64,000 bases of DNA from assembly GCA_024636875.1 (NCBI GenBank), contig JAGXGJ010000094.1, positions 700 through 64,699 of the forward strand, in the 5' to 3' direction. The notes below the pieces were generated by a model that was given only the letters and a program-made list of their open reading frames with translations, did no database searches and was not told the DNA's origin. Positions within the stretch are counted from its first letter, which is position 1. Each line of letters starts with the position of its first letter. This document shows positions 63,205-64,000 of this stretch, in pieces. The translations under genes were made by a program, and so were the position numbers. The DNA comes from Methylococcaceae bacterium. GTDB taxonomy: Bacteria; Pseudomonadota; Gammaproteobacteria; Methylococcales; Methylomonadaceae.

Positions 63205-64000
63205 ATGTCAAAAAAGCATTCACATTACGATGTTATCATCATTGGTGCAGGGCCGGCCGGTTATGCCAGTGCTATTCGCTGTGCACAGCTCGGATTAACA
63301 ACCGCCTGCATTGATAGCTGGCGCAATAAAAAAGGCCAGAGTCGATTAGGCGGTTCCCACCTCAATACCGGCGGCCTTGCCACCATGACCTTGCTGGAAT
63401 CCGCAAAAATCTATCATCAGTTCAACCAGGAGATTGCTAAACACGGCATTCATGTCGACGCCATTTCAATGGATTTACCGGTAATGATTCAACGCAAAGA
63501 TAAAATTATCGATGAAATCGGCCTCAAAATGGCTGACTTGTTCGCGCATCACAAGATAGACCACATTCAGGCAAAGGCCCGATTACTGAATGCACGCCAG
63601 GTGGAAGTGACCGCCCTGGATACCCAGGCGTATTCAATCCTTAATGCCGAGCATATTATTCTGGCGACGGGTTCTTCACCCATCAAATTACCCTGTGCAA
63701 CAGTTGACAACGAATTTATTATTGATTCCATCACCGCTTTAAATCTTCAAGAAGTTCCCAAAAAATTGGCCATTATCGGCGCCGGCGCGGTTGGCCTTGA
63801 ATTAGCAAGCATCTGGAATAGACTCGGCGCTGAAACCATACTGCTGGAAGCACAAGAAAACTTTTTATCCTTACTCGACCAGCAAATTTCACGTGAAGCC
63901 TATCGTATTTACTGTCAACAGGGACTGGACTTGCGATTGGGCGCACGGGTTGTTTCTGCAAAAAAAATCAACCGGAAAGTCACAGTAGATTACCAAGACC
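63205..64000 (+). CDS. lpd: Dihydrolipoamide dehydrogenase-like flavoprotein lacking the redox-active CxxxxC (partial, runs off window)
   Basis: My own translation from the ATG at 63205 reads MSKKHSHYDVIIIGAGPAGYASAIRCAQLGLTTACIDSW...RLGGSHLNTGGLATMTLLESAK...KKLAIIGAGAVGLELASIWNRLGAE... It is colinear with sucAB-linked Lpd. The canonical GGTCLNVGCIPSK motif is replaced at 63349..63396. Confidence 0.85.
   Translation, partial: MSKKHSHYDVIIIGAGPAGYASAIRCAQLGLTTACIDSWRNKKGQSRLGGSHLNTGGLATMTLLESAKIYHQFNQEIAKHGIHVDAISMDLPVMIQRKDKIIDEIGLKMADLFAHHKIDHIQAKARLLNARQVEVTALDTQAYSILNAEHIILATGSSPIKLPCATVDNEFIIDSITALNLQEVPKKLAIIGAGAVGLELASIWNRLGAETILLEAQENFLSLLDQQISREAYRIYCQQGLDLRLGARVVSAKKINRKVTVDYQD

Overview
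This window looks like core chromosome from a moderately AT-rich methylotrophic proteobacterium. The lineage guess, a gammaproteobacterial Methylococcales-like methanotroph, is an inference from the fhcBADC cluster (H4MPT-linked formaldehyde oxidation) and from Pseudomonas-like gene order (lolB-ispE-tRNA-Gln-prs-rplY-pth, hemA-prfA-prmC, asd-fimV). About 60 genes can be called, and nearly all are housekeeping. They include coaD, moaA, recJ, mazG, gatCAB, an 11-kb cell-wall and lipoate block (mreBCD-mrdA-rodA-mltB-rlpA-dacA-dat-ybeD-lipB-lipA), hrcA-grpE-dnaK-dnaJ-dapB, and sucA-sucB-lpd. I found one tRNA (Gln-UUG), no rRNA, no CRISPR array, and no integrase or transposase. I do not see a clear multi-gene novel system such as a defence island. 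The strongest oddity is that the E3 (lpd) gene downstream of sucAB lacks both redox-active cysteines. Other points worth a second look are: mreC has no canonical start codon; an AT-rich orphan stretch between grxC and gatB carries two unassignable ORFs and a 10-bp tandem repeat; a CTTGAAC heptamer repeat family recurs in several spacers; an orphan NYN/PIN-like nuclease gene sits between fhcC and hrcA; a degenerate REC-Hpt protein lies next to fimV; and a truncated nucleotide-sugar dehydrogenase remnant marks a rearrangement junction after dapB. All identifications come from reading the supplied translations and the DNA by eye. No database search was run.
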